From Pseudolabrys sp. (lineage in GTDB: Bacteria > Pseudomonadota > Alphaproteobacteria > Rhizobiales > Xanthobacteraceae), in contig DASXLC010000013.1 in assembly GCA_036496445.1 (NCBI GenBank), positions 13,836-77,835 on the forward strand: a DNA stretch of 64,000 nt, read 5' to 3'. This document shows positions 47,268 through 56,921 of the stretch, piece by piece. Each line of letters opens with the position of its first letter. Positions within the stretch are counted from its first letter, which is position 1. Below the pieces are notes generated by a model. The model saw only the letters and a list, made by a program, of their open reading frames with translations. It did no database searches and was not told the DNA's origin. Both the position numbers and the translations under genes were made by a program.

Positions 47268-47999
47268 TCACGGTTGCGGATGCAGCCTTGCAACTAGCTT
47301 ATCGATCCCGTTCGCGACATTCTGCCAATCGGTCAACCAGTCGCGCGGAAAGCGCAAGGTGATATCGGCATTGTCGATGCGGCGTTCCAGCAAGCAGACG
47401 CCCGAATTGGTGACGCCTTTGCGTGAACAGCGCGCCAGAAAATGCTCGGGTGCATTCGACTCAAAAACGAGATCGTCGCCTTCGTAGGGCGTATCGTTGC
47501 GAAAGCCGCGAAACGTGAGGCCGGGTGGACCGGCGACCGGCTCTGCCACCAGGTACCGCGGATAGATCGTCTGCACGCGTTCCATCAACGGGAGTGTGGA
47601 GTCTCCGGACGCTATCGTGATGAACAGGCGCTCATTCGGATCGATCGGAGCACCGACCGTGGGCTTGATGGCGGGATCCGGCGGCACGAGGCTCGGCCAC
47701 AGATAGGAAAGGTCGACGCGTTCATGTGCGCCGGGACGGCGCTGGACGTTCATGCGGATCGCAGCCGGCTCGATGTTGAACGTGGTCCCCGAAATGACGA
47801 TCGGCACCGTAGGGGCATCGAGCGCTACCGGTGCATCGGGCCAGCGCGGCCACAGCACATAGGCAACATAGGCTGTGGCGATGAGGATCACGCCGGCGAA
47901 CACCATGAGCGGTGCGAGCAGCGGGCTGTGCCCGGATCGTCGGCGGTACCGGGAGCCGCGCCGCGCCGGCGAAGTGCGCTCCTGCGCGAGTATGGCCAA
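47268..47999 (-). CDS. Hypothetical membrane-anchored protein
   Basis: One N-terminal TM helix; GGAGG precedes TTG 47999. Confidence 0.75.
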   Translation of the reverse strand: MAILAQERTSPARRGSRYRRRSGHSPLLAPLMVFAGVILIATAYVAYVLWPRWPDAPVALDAPTVPIVISGTTFNIEPAAIRMNVQRRPGAHERVDLSYLWPSLVPPDPAIKPTVGAPIDPNERLFITIASGDSTLPLMERVQTIYPRYLVAEPVAGPPGLTFRGFRNDTPYEGDDLVFESNAPEHFLARCSRKGVTNSGVCLLERRIDNADITLRFPRDWLTDWQNVANGIDKLVARLHPQP

Positions 48000-48020
48000 T
48001 CCGTGCCTCCGTTGTGATCC

Positions 48021-48090
48021 AGCTGATCCTGTTCGAAAACCGCTGCCCATCCCTGATCGGGGTCGAGCAATCGCTTTTCAGGATCATGCA
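48021..48090. repeat. Rhizobial intergenic palindromic repeat (degenerate)
   Basis: TGATCCTG (48024) ... CAGGATCA (48086) flanking GAAAACCG and CTTTTC. Confidence 0.5.
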
Positions 48091-48231
48091 GCGAACGAAT
48101 CGCGCCGATTATGCCACGCCGCAGGGAGAGGCAACCGCCGGATGCGGGCGTTTACCTTTCGGTAAGGATTGGCTGGCGCCGGCCCGGGCGGTTTGCGACA
48201 GATGACCTCGGATCGTGCGTTGAGGTCACTG

Positions 48232-48564
48232 ATGACTGCAGATTCGGTGCAAATGTTATACGCTCTGGTGCTCGGCTTTGCCGTCGCCGGCCTGTGCAGC
48301 TCCGGCTATCGGGTGTTCACAAGCCGTCTGCCAAGCTTCAACCAGCTTACCGCCGGGCCCGGCGCTGAGGCCCTTGCGGCAGTCCCGGTCCTGGTGGTCT
48401 CGGCTCCCTTCTTGATCATGCGCAACACCATTCTCGGCCGCCGGCATGAAGGCCGCCGCTTCGCATTCGTATTTCTTGCAACATTGATTGCCGGCTTATG
48501 GAGCATGATGTCGGGGCTGGTCGTGGTGATGACCATGCAGGCCTGCGGTTCCCTGCTCACCTAG
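48232..48564 (+). CDS. Hypothetical membrane protein
   Basis: Three hydrophobic segments, APFLIMRN; GAGG before ATG 48232. Confidence 0.75.
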   Translation: MTADSVQMLYALVLGFAVAGLCSSGYRVFTSRLPSFNQLTAGPGAEALAAVPVLVVSAPFLIMRNTILGRRHEGRRFAFVFLATLIAGLWSMMSGLVVVMTMQACGSLLT

Positions 48565-48655
48565 CCACTTTCCACGGCGATTGACTTCAGGCATGTCAGT
48601 CCGGGACGCGAGCAACGCTCGCGAAGCCGGATTTGGGGAATTGGAGGAGGCGGCA

Positions 48656-49186
48656 ATGCCTCTTTACAGGCTCGACGGACAGGCGCCGGAACTTCCCGGT
48701 GAGGGTCAATATTACGTCGCCGAGACCGCGGTGCTGATCGGGCGCGTGCGGCTGAAGGCGGAAGCGAGCGTCTGGTTTGGTGCGGTCCTGCGCGGCGACA
48801 ATGAATGGATCGAGCTCGGCGAGCGTTCGCAGATCCAGGACAATGCCACGCTGCACACCGATCCTGGATTTCCGGTGACGATCGGCCGTGAATGCGTTAT
48901 CGGACACAACGTCATTCTTCACGGCTGCACGGTCGGCGACAATTCATTGATCGGCATGGGCGCGATCATGCTCAACGGCGCGAAGATCGGGAAAAATTCC
49001 CTCGTCGGCGCCGGCAGCGTCGTCACCGAAGGCAAGGGCTTTCCCGACAATTCATTGATTGTGGGCGCCCCTGCGCGCGCAATCCGCACGCTTGACGAAA
49101 AAGCCGCGTCGATGATCCGCGCCGGCGCCGATATCTATGTGCGCCGCTGGAAGCAATACGCAACAGGACTGATGCGGATCGGCTGA
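48656..49186 (+). CDS. Gamma carbonic anhydrase family protein
   Basis: LRGDNE, IQDN..LH, GHNVILHGC. Confidence 0.93.
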   Translation: MPLYRLDGQAPELPGEGQYYVAETAVLIGRVRLKAEASVWFGAVLRGDNEWIELGERSQIQDNATLHTDPGFPVTIGRECVIGHNVILHGCTVGDNSLIGMGAIMLNGAKIGKNSLVGAGSVVTEGKGFPDNSLIVGAPARAIRTLDEKAASMIRAGADIYVRRWKQYATGLMRIG

Positions 49187-49189
49187 TCC

Positions 49190-49651
49190 TTAAGCGGCCT
49201 GCCGCCGGCTGTCGACCTGTGGCGGGACGCGGAAGGCAATTGCAATCCTGTTCCAGGTATTGATGGCCGCCGCCGCTGCAGTGAGATCGACAATCTCCTT
49301 CTCAGAGAATTGCTTGCGCACTGCCTCGAAGGCTTCATCCGGAACGTGACCCTGCGTCACCAGCGTGATGGCCTCGACCCAGGCCAGGGCGGCCCGCTCA
49401 CGCGCACTGTAGACCGGCGCCTCGCGCCACGCTGCGAGCAGGTGCATGCGTTCGTCGGTTTCGCCGATCTTGCGCGCGTCCCGCGTATGCATGGCAAGAC
49501 AAAAGGCGCAGCCGTTGATTTGCGAAGCGCGGATCTTGATAAGCTCGCGCAATTTGGCATCAAGACCGGACTGGTCGACATACGTTTGTAGCGCGGCAGC
49601 CGCCTGATAAACGGCAGGACTCACCTTGGTGACATCAATTCGCTGTTGCAT
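49190..49651 (-). CDS. AhpD/carboxymuconolactone decarboxylase family protein
   Basis: RASQINGCAFCLAMH, WREA, INTWNR. Confidence 0.92.
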   Translation of the reverse strand: MQQRIDVTKVSPAVYQAAAALQTYVDQSGLDAKLRELIKIRASQINGCAFCLAMHTRDARKIGETDERMHLLAAWREAPVYSARERAALAWVEAITLVTQGHVPDEAFEAVRKQFSEKEIVDLTAAAAAINTWNRIAIAFRVPPQVDSRRQAA

Positions 49652-49775
49652 GGGAACCTCGCGATGTTCGCGTTGCCGCCCTAAAGCCAAGTGTGCAGGC
49701 AAAATTTGCCATCAGTCGGACAGCTTCGTGACTATCGCGTGGACAATGGAACGGCGTCAGGTTCCTGAAAATGTT

Positions 49776-49858
49776 GCGGCCGGATCTTGGGGGAGATCCG
49801 GCCGCTCGCGAACCCGGTCTGGGGACGGGGAGGGGTGGGGACGTGACCGGGAGCGCGA
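49776..49858 (-). other. Two adjacent hairpins with C-rich loops in the 3' UTR of the BTLCP gene; G-quadruplex motif on the + strand
   Basis: 12-bp perfect stem at 49776-49805; second stem at 49806-49858 enclosing GGGGACGGGGAGGGGTGGGG (49821-49840). Confidence 0.6.
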
Positions 49859-49871
49859 ATTCCTTTTCTTC

Positions 49872-50546
49872 TCAGCGGGCGGAAACGGTGGCGGGTGACC
49901 TGCGCGGCTCGTCGAGCGAAACCCAAACGTTCGGATCGGACTGCGACTGGCGCTTCACAAAGCGGTAGCCGGTCTTCGTCCAGGGCAGGACCTGCGGCTC
50001 CTGATTGTCGAGAACGAATTCGCCGCGATCGGTCTTGATCGTCAGCACGGCGTGGCCGTCGCCCTTTTTGTCGCGCACGACGGTGACGAGCAGCGCTTCG
50101 CGCGGCCAGCCCGCCTGCATGAGCATGCGGCGCTTGAGCAGCACATAGTCTTCGCAGTCGCCGTAGCCGTCGTCGGGATAGTTCCAGCGCTCGACCACCC
50201 CCCAGTGTTCGAGGTCGGTCATCGGCTTGATCGCCTCGTTCACCCAGGCATTGACCTTCACCATGTCGGTCCAGGCCTTGGTCGTGAGGACGACATCGCG
50301 CGGCTCGGACGCGGTGGTCGCGCATTCCGGAGTGTATTCGATGCAGAAATCGATCCAGCCGATCGGCGGTCGCGTGGCTTCACCGACCGTCACGAAAACG
50401 GGACGCTCGGATCCGCCCACGGGTCCGCCCAGGGACGCTGTGGTGTCGCCGGCCTGCGCCGGGCCCGTGGATGCAGCCAAAACCGCAGCGCCGGCGAGCG
50501 CCAGCGCGGTGACGGCCAGAAGTACCTGTTTGAAACGCCCGGCCAT
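49872..50546 (-). CDS. Transglutaminase-like cysteine peptidase (BTLCP, C93)
   Basis: Signal peptide, GDCEDY, GHAVL, VLDN triad. Confidence 0.93.
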   Translation of the reverse strand: MAGRFKQVLLAVTALALAGAAVLAASTGPAQAGDTTASLGGPVGGSERPVFVTVGEATRPPIGWIDFCIEYTPECATTASEPRDVVLTTKAWTDMVKVNAWVNEAIKPMTDLEHWGVVERWNYPDDGYGDCEDYVLLKRRMLMQAGWPREALLVTVVRDKKGDGHAVLTIKTDRGEFVLDNQEPQVLPWTKTGYRFVKRQSQSDPNVWVSLDEPRRSPATVSAR

Positions 50547-50890
50547 CGTGGCCCCTTCCCCTTGTTGGGGCCACATTTCCCACAAACCGTTTGTATTGGC
50601 GCTAAGTCGAGCAAGTCATTTTAAGAAGTATTGAAATAAAACTCGACACGAATACTTATAAAACTAGAGTAGAGTTCGAATAAAATCTTACAAAATACAA
50701 TTTAGCTAAAATTGTCGGCATTAACGGGTGGGAGGCAAAATGATACGGCCGCACACGGCTTTGCCGGCGCCCGTTTACGGTTTGTGGTAGCTGGATGTGT
50801 TCTGGGCAACGCGAAAGATGACCGCGCGCCTGGATTGTTGGTGGTGGAATTGCCGGCAAATTCCTGCGCGGCGTTTACGCAGCAGTGACT

Positions 50891-51514
50891 CTATTCGCCG
50901 GTCACATTGTCCTCAACGAAATCGGGATGCTGCAGACGCATGAATTCGATGGCGAAGCCATCTTCGATATGGCGCACGACGCGCCCTTGCGTCTTGCCGA
51001 TCGTGACGACCGCACCAACCGCTGGCCGCAGATCCGGTGAGATGCCGATTGCTGCACCAGACTGCGACAAGTCGATAACGCGGCAGGCGACGTTCGTGCC
51101 GTTCGGCAACACCACACGCGCCGTCGCGTTGCGGGGCGCAAAGCGGTCATGGCGGCGGTCTTCCGGCAGGTTAAGGATCTGCCGGTTTGCGAGCCAGGTC
51201 AGCTGCGCCGCAAGCTTGTCGCGCTTGCGCAGCGTCGCCGAGATGCTCATTGCGAAACCATTTTCCAGGACGCGGGCTATTTTGCCTTCGAGCCTGCCCA
51301 AATGATCGACGTAGGCGATCACCCTTTCACCGGTCTGTCCTGCGATCGGCGCAACCAGGGCCATTCCGCCCGGCGACATGTCGGTCACCTGGCACGGAAA
51401 CTCGCGCCGGTCGGCGAGCATGTAGCGACCAAGCAGGTTAACCTTCACGCGTTGATGGCGGCGACGTTCCTCGGTCAGAGGCAGTTTCACCGGTTTGGTT
51501 AGTGGCAGGGCCAT
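50891..51514 (-). CDS. Tandem PilZ-domain protein
   Basis: RRHQR ... DMSPGG and RRHDR ... DLSQSG. Confidence 0.92.
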   Translation of the reverse strand: MALPLTKPVKLPLTEERRRHQRVKVNLLGRYMLADRREFPCQVTDMSPGGMALVAPIAGQTGERVIAYVDHLGRLEGKIARVLENGFAMSISATLRKRDKLAAQLTWLANRQILNLPEDRRHDRFAPRNATARVVLPNGTNVACRVIDLSQSGAAIGISPDLRPAVGAVVTIGKTQGRVVRHIEDGFAIEFMRLQHPDFVEDNVTGE

Positions 51515-51556
51515 AGCTATCGGGATCGGAAAGGATTTCCGCAGTCACCGAGCCTA

Positions 51557-51582
51557 TTAGCCTATCGTTAATGATGGGTTAG
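51557..51582. promoter_or_regulatory. CtrA-like boxes TTAG-N7-TTAA-N7-TTAG upstream of the PilZ gene
   Basis: Two chained near-matches to TTAA-N7-TTAA. Confidence 0.55.
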
Positions 51583-52187
51583 CCGGCTGGCTTATCGGTC
51601 GGCAATTCACGGCCGCCGCTGTAAACACGGAAACCGTGTTTTGTTTGGGGCTCGGCGGACACCGAACGGAAGCGCGGATGGCCGGAATTTGATTGCTCGG
51701 CTCCGACGTGACGAAATGTGCGGAGATCGAGCTCGCTTATAGCGCGTTCACCGAGCCAGTAGGGTGGCGTCAGGGGAGCCAACGCCCCGAGCGCGCGAAC
51801 GCGGCTGTGGCCTTCAGGCACGAGCGGCAACAGCAGCAATTCGAGCTCGGTTTCGGTCCCAGCATGCGTGCGTCCAAGAACGCCTGCAACGACGCCGACG
51901 TTTTCACTCAGGACCGTGCCAAGTAAATTCTCAAGCTGCTCGCGGCTCGCCTCACTCCATAAACCATTAAAGGGCTCACCCTTGATTTCGCGGGCAAACA
52001 ACGCGCAAACCTGAGTGCCGGCAAGACGAAATCTGATGCCGTCGACAAAATCCGCCGCCAGCATAAAAGTGTCACCGAGGACATGGCGAATATCGCCCGG
52101 ATTGATGTCCAGGCGTGCGGAAGCCCGGCGCAGGCCGCGCCGCCGGTTCCAGTGGTCAAACACCGCGCGGGTGGAAGCGTGTTTCAT
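51579..52187 (-). CDS. PAS_5 (DUF1457) domain protein
   Basis: MKHASTRAVFDHW, FRLAGT, ELLLLPL. Confidence 0.88.
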   Translation of the reverse strand: MKHASTRAVFDHWNRRRGLRRASARLDINPGDIRHVLGDTFMLAADFVDGIRFRLAGTQVCALFAREIKGEPFNGLWSEASREQLENLLGTVLSENVGVVAGVLGRTHAGTETELELLLLPLVPEGHSRVRALGALAPLTPPYWLGERAISELDLRTFRHVGAEQSNSGHPRFRSVSAEPQTKHGFRVYSGGRELPTDKPAG

Positions 52188-52376
52188 TGCGACACCTGTT
52201 CGGTCGCGACGTGTCGCGTCTGTCCCCGATCGGTACAGGCGCGCCGGTCTTTCTGCTGCGATGCCTCGTATGGGGCACGGCGCGTGCCGGACCAAGCGGA
52301 TCAGATGACGATCCGCGGTTAGTGTTAAAACGAGAGGCGGATTGGCATTGGGCCGGTGCCCCCGTATGGTCTCGAT

Positions 52377-52495
52377 CGGTTGCCGTACCGGAAATTGAGA
52401 GCCTCGGGGAGGCGATGGGATGTGACCAAGCCGTCTAAGGCGTGGCAATAACCCCGCAACGCGGCTCGAGGGAGGGCGAAAGCCCTCCCTTTTTC
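52377..52495 (+). ncRNA. Candidate sRNA or leader RNA (5' end approximate)
   Basis: TTGGCA-N17-TATGGT at 52342-52370 and a terminator at 52469-52494, with no long CDS between them. Confidence 0.5.
52469..52494 (+). terminator. Rho-independent terminator
   Basis: AGGGAGGGC-GAAA-GCCCTCCCT followed by TTTT. Confidence 0.85.
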
Positions 52496-52585
52496 CTTGC
52501 CCCGATGCACTTTCCTTGCCCCGATCCACCTTGCGCAGGCTGGCGAAGCTGCGTAACTGCAGGGCTCCCACCTGCGGATTTCCTC

Positions 52586-53332
52586 GTGAAGCGCGAACCG
52601 GTTTTCAACATCCCTTCCGTTATCATTGCGGTGCTGGCCGTGCTGGCCATTATTCACGCGGTGCGCACGCTGCTGCTCAGCGAGCAGCAGGACCTCGAAT
52701 TTCTGCTGAGCTTCGCCTTCATTCCGGCGCGCTATGACACAGCGTTTGTGCTTGACGGAGCGCTGCCGGGAGGCGGTGCCGACGTATGGACCTTCGTTAC
52801 CTACGCTCTCATCCACGCAGACTGGATTCATCTTGGCGTCAATGCCGTGTGGCTTTTGCCGTTCGGAAGCGCGGTCGCGCGCCGTTTTGGTACGCTTCGC
52901 TTTCTGGCGTTTTTCGCCGTGACCGCTGCGGCGGGAGCCGCTTTGCATCTCGCAACGCACGCGGGGGAACAATTTCCGATGATCGGTGCCTCGGCGGCGA
53001 TCTCCGGCACGATGGCGGCCGCAATGCGTTTTGCTTTCCAGCGTGGAGGCCCGCTTAGGCTCATAGGACGAGCCGACGCCAGTAGCTATCGGGTACCGGC
53101 TATTCCTTTGCGCGGCGTCTTGTCCGACGCGCGCGTTATGTTGTTTCTTGTGGTGTGGTTCGCGATCAACATTCTGTTCGGAGTAGGCTCGCTACCCATG
53201 ACTGGCAGCGACCAGCCGGTAGCCTGGGAAGCACACATCGGCGGCTTCCTGGCCGGACTTCTGTTGTTTTCGTGGTTCGATCCGACGCCGCACGTACCGC
53301 AAACCGAAGACTCTGCTGCAATGCCGCATTAG
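52586..53332 (+). CDS. Rhomboid-family intramembrane serine protease
   Basis: HADWIHL, GASAAISG, AWEAHIGG. GTG start at 52586. Confidence 0.92.
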   Translation: MKREPVFNIPSVIIAVLAVLAIIHAVRTLLLSEQQDLEFLLSFAFIPARYDTAFVLDGALPGGGADVWTFVTYALIHADWIHLGVNAVWLLPFGSAVARRFGTLRFLAFFAVTAAAGAALHLATHAGEQFPMIGASAAISGTMAAAMRFAFQRGGPLRLIGRADASSYRVPAIPLRGVLSDARVMLFLVVWFAINILFGVGSLPMTGSDQPVAWEAHIGGFLAGLLLFSWFDPTPHVPQTEDSAAMPH

Positions 53333-53498
53333 CCAAACTGCGTGCGCGGATCTGCCTCACACATTTGCGTCTTGACGGAACCGCCCGTCCGGCGGGATCG
53401 TTGCCCATCCGCCGGCTGCGGCCTTGATGGTTGGGCCGGGACACATGACTTAGCGCATGATGCTCTTTCAACAACAATCATGCGCAAGGGAGGCTGCC

Positions 53499-53936
53499 AT
53501 GAACGTCAAGGCGATTCTGGCCGCCAAGCAATTGGGCGGCGACATCATTTGCATCGAACCGACTGCCAATCTGGCAGCGGCGGCGAAACTTTTGTCCCAG
53601 CATCGCATTGGGGCAGTTCTCATCCGAGGCGCCGGCGGGCGCATTGCCGGAATATTGTCGGAGCGGGATATCGTACGCGCGCTGTCCGAACACGGCGCGG
53701 AGGCGCTCGCGAGACCGGTCGGTCAGGTCATGACGCGCGACGTCACGACCTGCGGCGAGGACGATACGGTTGCGAGCATCATGGAACGGATGACCGCCGG
53801 AAAATTCCGCCACATGCCGGTGATTGCCAAAGGCGAGCTTGTCGGTCTCATTTCGATCGGCGACGTGGTCAAGCATCGGGTCGGGGAAGTCGAGAGCGAG
53901 TCCGAGGCGATGCGCGACTATATTCGCACCGCGTAG
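53499..53936 (+). CDS. CBS-domain protein
   Basis: GILSERDIV, FRHMPV, ISIGDVVK. Confidence 0.93.
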   Translation: MNVKAILAAKQLGGDIICIEPTANLAAAAKLLSQHRIGAVLIRGAGGRIAGILSERDIVRALSEHGAEALARPVGQVMTRDVTTCGEDDTVASIMERMTAGKFRHMPVIAKGELVGLISIGDVVKHRVGEVESESEAMRDYIRTA

Positions 53937-53944
53937 CTGCCGGT

Positions 53945-54964
53945 CTAGAGAGGACTGCCGTTGGTCGGCTGCGACAGTGCGGTAACCGCCTCGCTCACCG
54001 AGACCATGGCTTTTTCGGCAGCGTCCGTGCCGATCGCAATCGCTTCGGCGGCGCGATGGAAATCAAACCAGCCGATGCCGCCGAGCCGCGGACTGATGAG
54101 CACGTCGGGCGGATCCCCGGCGAGACGCGCGCGGGTGATACGATCCTGCATCACGTTGAAGGCCTCGACCATGACGGTCGGCAATCCGGGACGTCCACGC
54201 CGGCCGAAAAACTGCCGGCGGAGTGAACGTTCGCCCGTGAACATGCCGCGCAGGCCGTTCGGTTTGGCCTGGGCACTTACAAGATCGCTGTCGTCGGAGC
54301 CATGACTGGCAATGATTGTTCCGCGTCCGAAGAGATCGGCATTGAGATTGACGGCGATCACCAGCCGTGCGCCGAGCGCGCGCGCAGCCGACACGGGCAC
54401 AGGATTGACCAGTGCGCCATCCACCAGCCAGCGCCCGCCGATCAGAACCGGAGGAAAAATCCCCGGCAGCGCGTAGGATGCACGCAGCGCATCACTCAGC
54501 CGTCCGCGCGTGAGCCATATTTCATGGCCGGTGTTGAATTCCGTGGCGATCGCGGCAAACCGGATTGGCAAGTCGTCGATGCGGCTATCCTTGAGTCCGG
54601 AATCAAGTTGGCTCGCAAGATGCCCGCCGCCAATCAGACCGGAGCCGGATAAACTGATGTCGAGATAGCTCAGCACCCCGCGCACAGTGAGCGTGCGCGC
54701 CCAGCTTTCCAGATTGTCCATTTCCTTCGCGGCATAGCAGCCGCCGACCACGGCGCCAATCGATGTGCCGACGATCACATCAGGCACAATGCCATGCTCC
54801 AGCAGCTTGCGCAGGACCCCGATATGGGCAAAGCCGCGCGCGGCACCCCCGCCAAGCGCCAGACCAATGATGGGGCGCGTGATGGCGGGTTGCGGATGCG
54901 TGGTGGCTTCCGCCGCACGGTCGCCATTGCTGCGCCCTCGCGCGAAAAAGCCCTCGAACACCAA
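53945..54964 (-). CDS. Patatin-like phospholipase (RssA-like)
   Basis: GGGAARG, GTSIG, VDGA. Confidence 0.93.
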   Translation of the reverse strand: MVFEGFFARGRSNGDRAAEATTHPQPAITRPIIGLALGGGAARGFAHIGVLRKLLEHGIVPDVIVGTSIGAVVGGCYAAKEMDNLESWARTLTVRGVLSYLDISLSGSGLIGGGHLASQLDSGLKDSRIDDLPIRFAAIATEFNTGHEIWLTRGRLSDALRASYALPGIFPPVLIGGRWLVDGALVNPVPVSAARALGARLVIAVNLNADLFGRGTIIASHGSDDSDLVSAQAKPNGLRGMFTGERSLRRQFFGRRGRPGLPTVMVEAFNVMQDRITRARLAGDPPDVLISPRLGGIGWFDFHRAAEAIAIGTDAAEKAMVSVSEAVTALSQPTNGSPL

Positions 54965-55083
54965 GGCCGCTCTCCTTATCCCCGCTCGCTATATCGTCGT
55001 CTCCTGCGCGAGCGCGCCAATCCAGCAGAGTGCTGGCGGAGTCTTGTGACAGAAACGTGACGGGGAAGCGTGCGCTCGCGGCA

Positions 55084-55098
55084 TTACCTAAAGGTTAA
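55084..55098. promoter_or_regulatory. CtrA-like box TTAC-N7-TTAA upstream of the patatin gene
   Basis: One mismatch to TTAA-N7-TTAA. Confidence 0.4.
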
Positions 55099-55122
55099 GT
55101 GGTGCTGCGCACAATTGGTTCC

Positions 55123-55692
55123 TCAGCCCTCGAAACGCGTGACAATAGCGTCGAGATTTGGGCGTTCACGATCCTCTGGTGGCTTTGCCGGGCGTCCGAT
55201 ATGCACAAAACCGGCGATGCGCTCATTGGGCGCAAGACCGAGTGCGTCGAGCACGCGCCGATCATATGCGTACCATTCGGTGATCCAGCTCGCGGCATAT
55301 CCCATCGCATGCGCAGCAAAAACCAGGCTCATGGCAGAGGCACCGGCCGAAAGCTGCTGCTCCCATTCGGGAATCTTTACGTGCGGGCCGGCGCGGCTTA
55401 CCACCGCAATCACCAGTGGCGCGCGCGCGAGCCGCCTGCGCTCGAAGTCAATCTGGTCGGCGGTAGCGTCGGGACGGTCCGCACGAAATACCGACGCAAT
55501 CGACTTGCCGGCCGTGGCGCGAGCATCACCCTCAAACAGGATGAACCGCCAGGGTGCAAGTTTCCCATGATCCGGGACCCGCGACGCGATTCTCAACAGC
55601 GTGTCGATTTCGGACGCAGTCGGGCCAGGGCCGATCAATTCGATTGGCTTGACCGAACGGCGGGTCTTCAGCAGCTCCAGAGCGTCAGGCAT
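55123..55692 (-). CDS. Nitroreductase family protein (YdjA-like)
   Basis: TRRS, PDHGKLAPWRF, WEQ. Confidence 0.92.
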   Translation of the reverse strand: MPDALELLKTRRSVKPIELIGPGPTASEIDTLLRIASRVPDHGKLAPWRFILFEGDARATAGKSIASVFRADRPDATADQIDFERRRLARAPLVIAVVSRAGPHVKIPEWEQQLSAGASAMSLVFAAHAMGYAASWITEWYAYDRRVLDALGLAPNERIAGFVHIGRPAKPPEDRERPNLDAIVTRFEG

Positions 55693-55805
55693 ATGCGTCC
55701 TCGTAAGGAATTCGGGCTTGCGCCTACCACAGCGTTAATACAGTCACAAACAGGGTGTGTGCCTGGCTTGAAATCGCCTCGATTTCGGCCGAAAACAACC
55801 GCGTC

Positions 55806-56849
55806 ATGAATAGGGCATCTGCAACCGCCGTCGCGCACGGCCGGCTAATGTTGGCACTTGTGCTTTTCGTCGTTGCAGTCGCGCCCTTGGCGGTGATGCC
55901 GCAAGCCCTGGCGCAGAATTCGCTGTTTTCGGCTACGCCGTCGACCAATCTGATCTCGCCGATGCCGGCCACGCGCGGCGATATTTTCGGACCAAGCAAT
56001 TTGACGGCCCCCTCAACGTCGCCTGCCCAATCGCCATCGCAGGTCCCGAATTCGAGCAACACGACTGCCTCGATTCCGGCGGTCCCGGCGGGGCAGGTGG
56101 CGCTTGCGCTTAGTGCACGCTTTGGCAAGGACGCGCTGCCAATCGGAGGCGGCTTGACCTGGCGCGTCTACGGGGCCAAGGCCGACGCCAACGGAAATTT
56201 CAAGCTGGTGAAGGAAGACAAATCGCCGACGCCGACACTTGTGCTTCCCACTGGCACTTACATCGTGCACGTTGGCTTCGGGCTTGCCACCGCCGTCAAA
56301 CCGGTCGACTTGCGTGGATCGACCGTGCACGAGGATTTTGAATTGCCGGCGGGCGGACTGCGCATCGAGGGCAAGGTCGGCGATGCGCGCATTCCGCCGG
56401 GGCAAATTTCATTCGACGTTTATAAAGGCAGTCAGTTCGAGGCCGGTGACCGCCGTCCAATCGCCGAGCGCATCATGACCAACGATGTCATCGTGGTTCC
56501 GGAAGGCACCTATTACATCGTTTCGAATTACGGTGACGCCAACTCGGTTGTGCGTTCGGACATTCGCGTACAGGCCGGCAAGCTAACCGACATCACCGTA
56601 ACGCACCGCGCTGCTGCCATCACGCTCAAGCTGGTGGGAGATCGGGGCGGCGAGGCGTTTGCCAACACTGCGTGGTCGGTACTTACGCCCGGCGGCGACG
56701 TCATTAAGGAATCAATCGGCGCCTTCCCGCGCGTGATTCTTGCCGAGGGCGAGTATCGTGCGATCGCCCGTAACGAAGGAAAAGTTTACGAGCGCGAATT
56801 CAAGGTCGTCACCGGAGTCGACGGAGACGTTGAAGTGCTCGCCCGCTGA
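55806..56849 (+). CDS. Hypothetical exported protein with repeated beta-rich domains
   Basis: Signal peptide (ALA-Q), Pro/Ser linker, three (P/A)xG(T/E)Y-containing repeats. Confidence 0.8.
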   Translation: MNRASATAVAHGRLMLALVLFVVAVAPLAVMPQALAQNSLFSATPSTNLISPMPATRGDIFGPSNLTAPSTSPAQSPSQVPNSSNTTASIPAVPAGQVALALSARFGKDALPIGGGLTWRVYGAKADANGNFKLVKEDKSPTPTLVLPTGTYIVHVGFGLATAVKPVDLRGSTVHEDFELPAGGLRIEGKVGDARIPPGQISFDVYKGSQFEAGDRRPIAERIMTNDVIVVPEGTYYIVSNYGDANSVVRSDIRVQAGKLTDITVTHRAAAITLKLVGDRGGEAFANTAWSVLTPGGDVIKESIGAFPRVILAEGEYRAIARNEGKVYEREFKVVTGVDGDVEVLAR

Positions 56850-56921
56850 ATGTAGCTGCGTTCGAACCTTCTTGCACCGGACGGAATTATAATAGTGCGA
56901 ACGATTGCCAACGGTCCGGTT

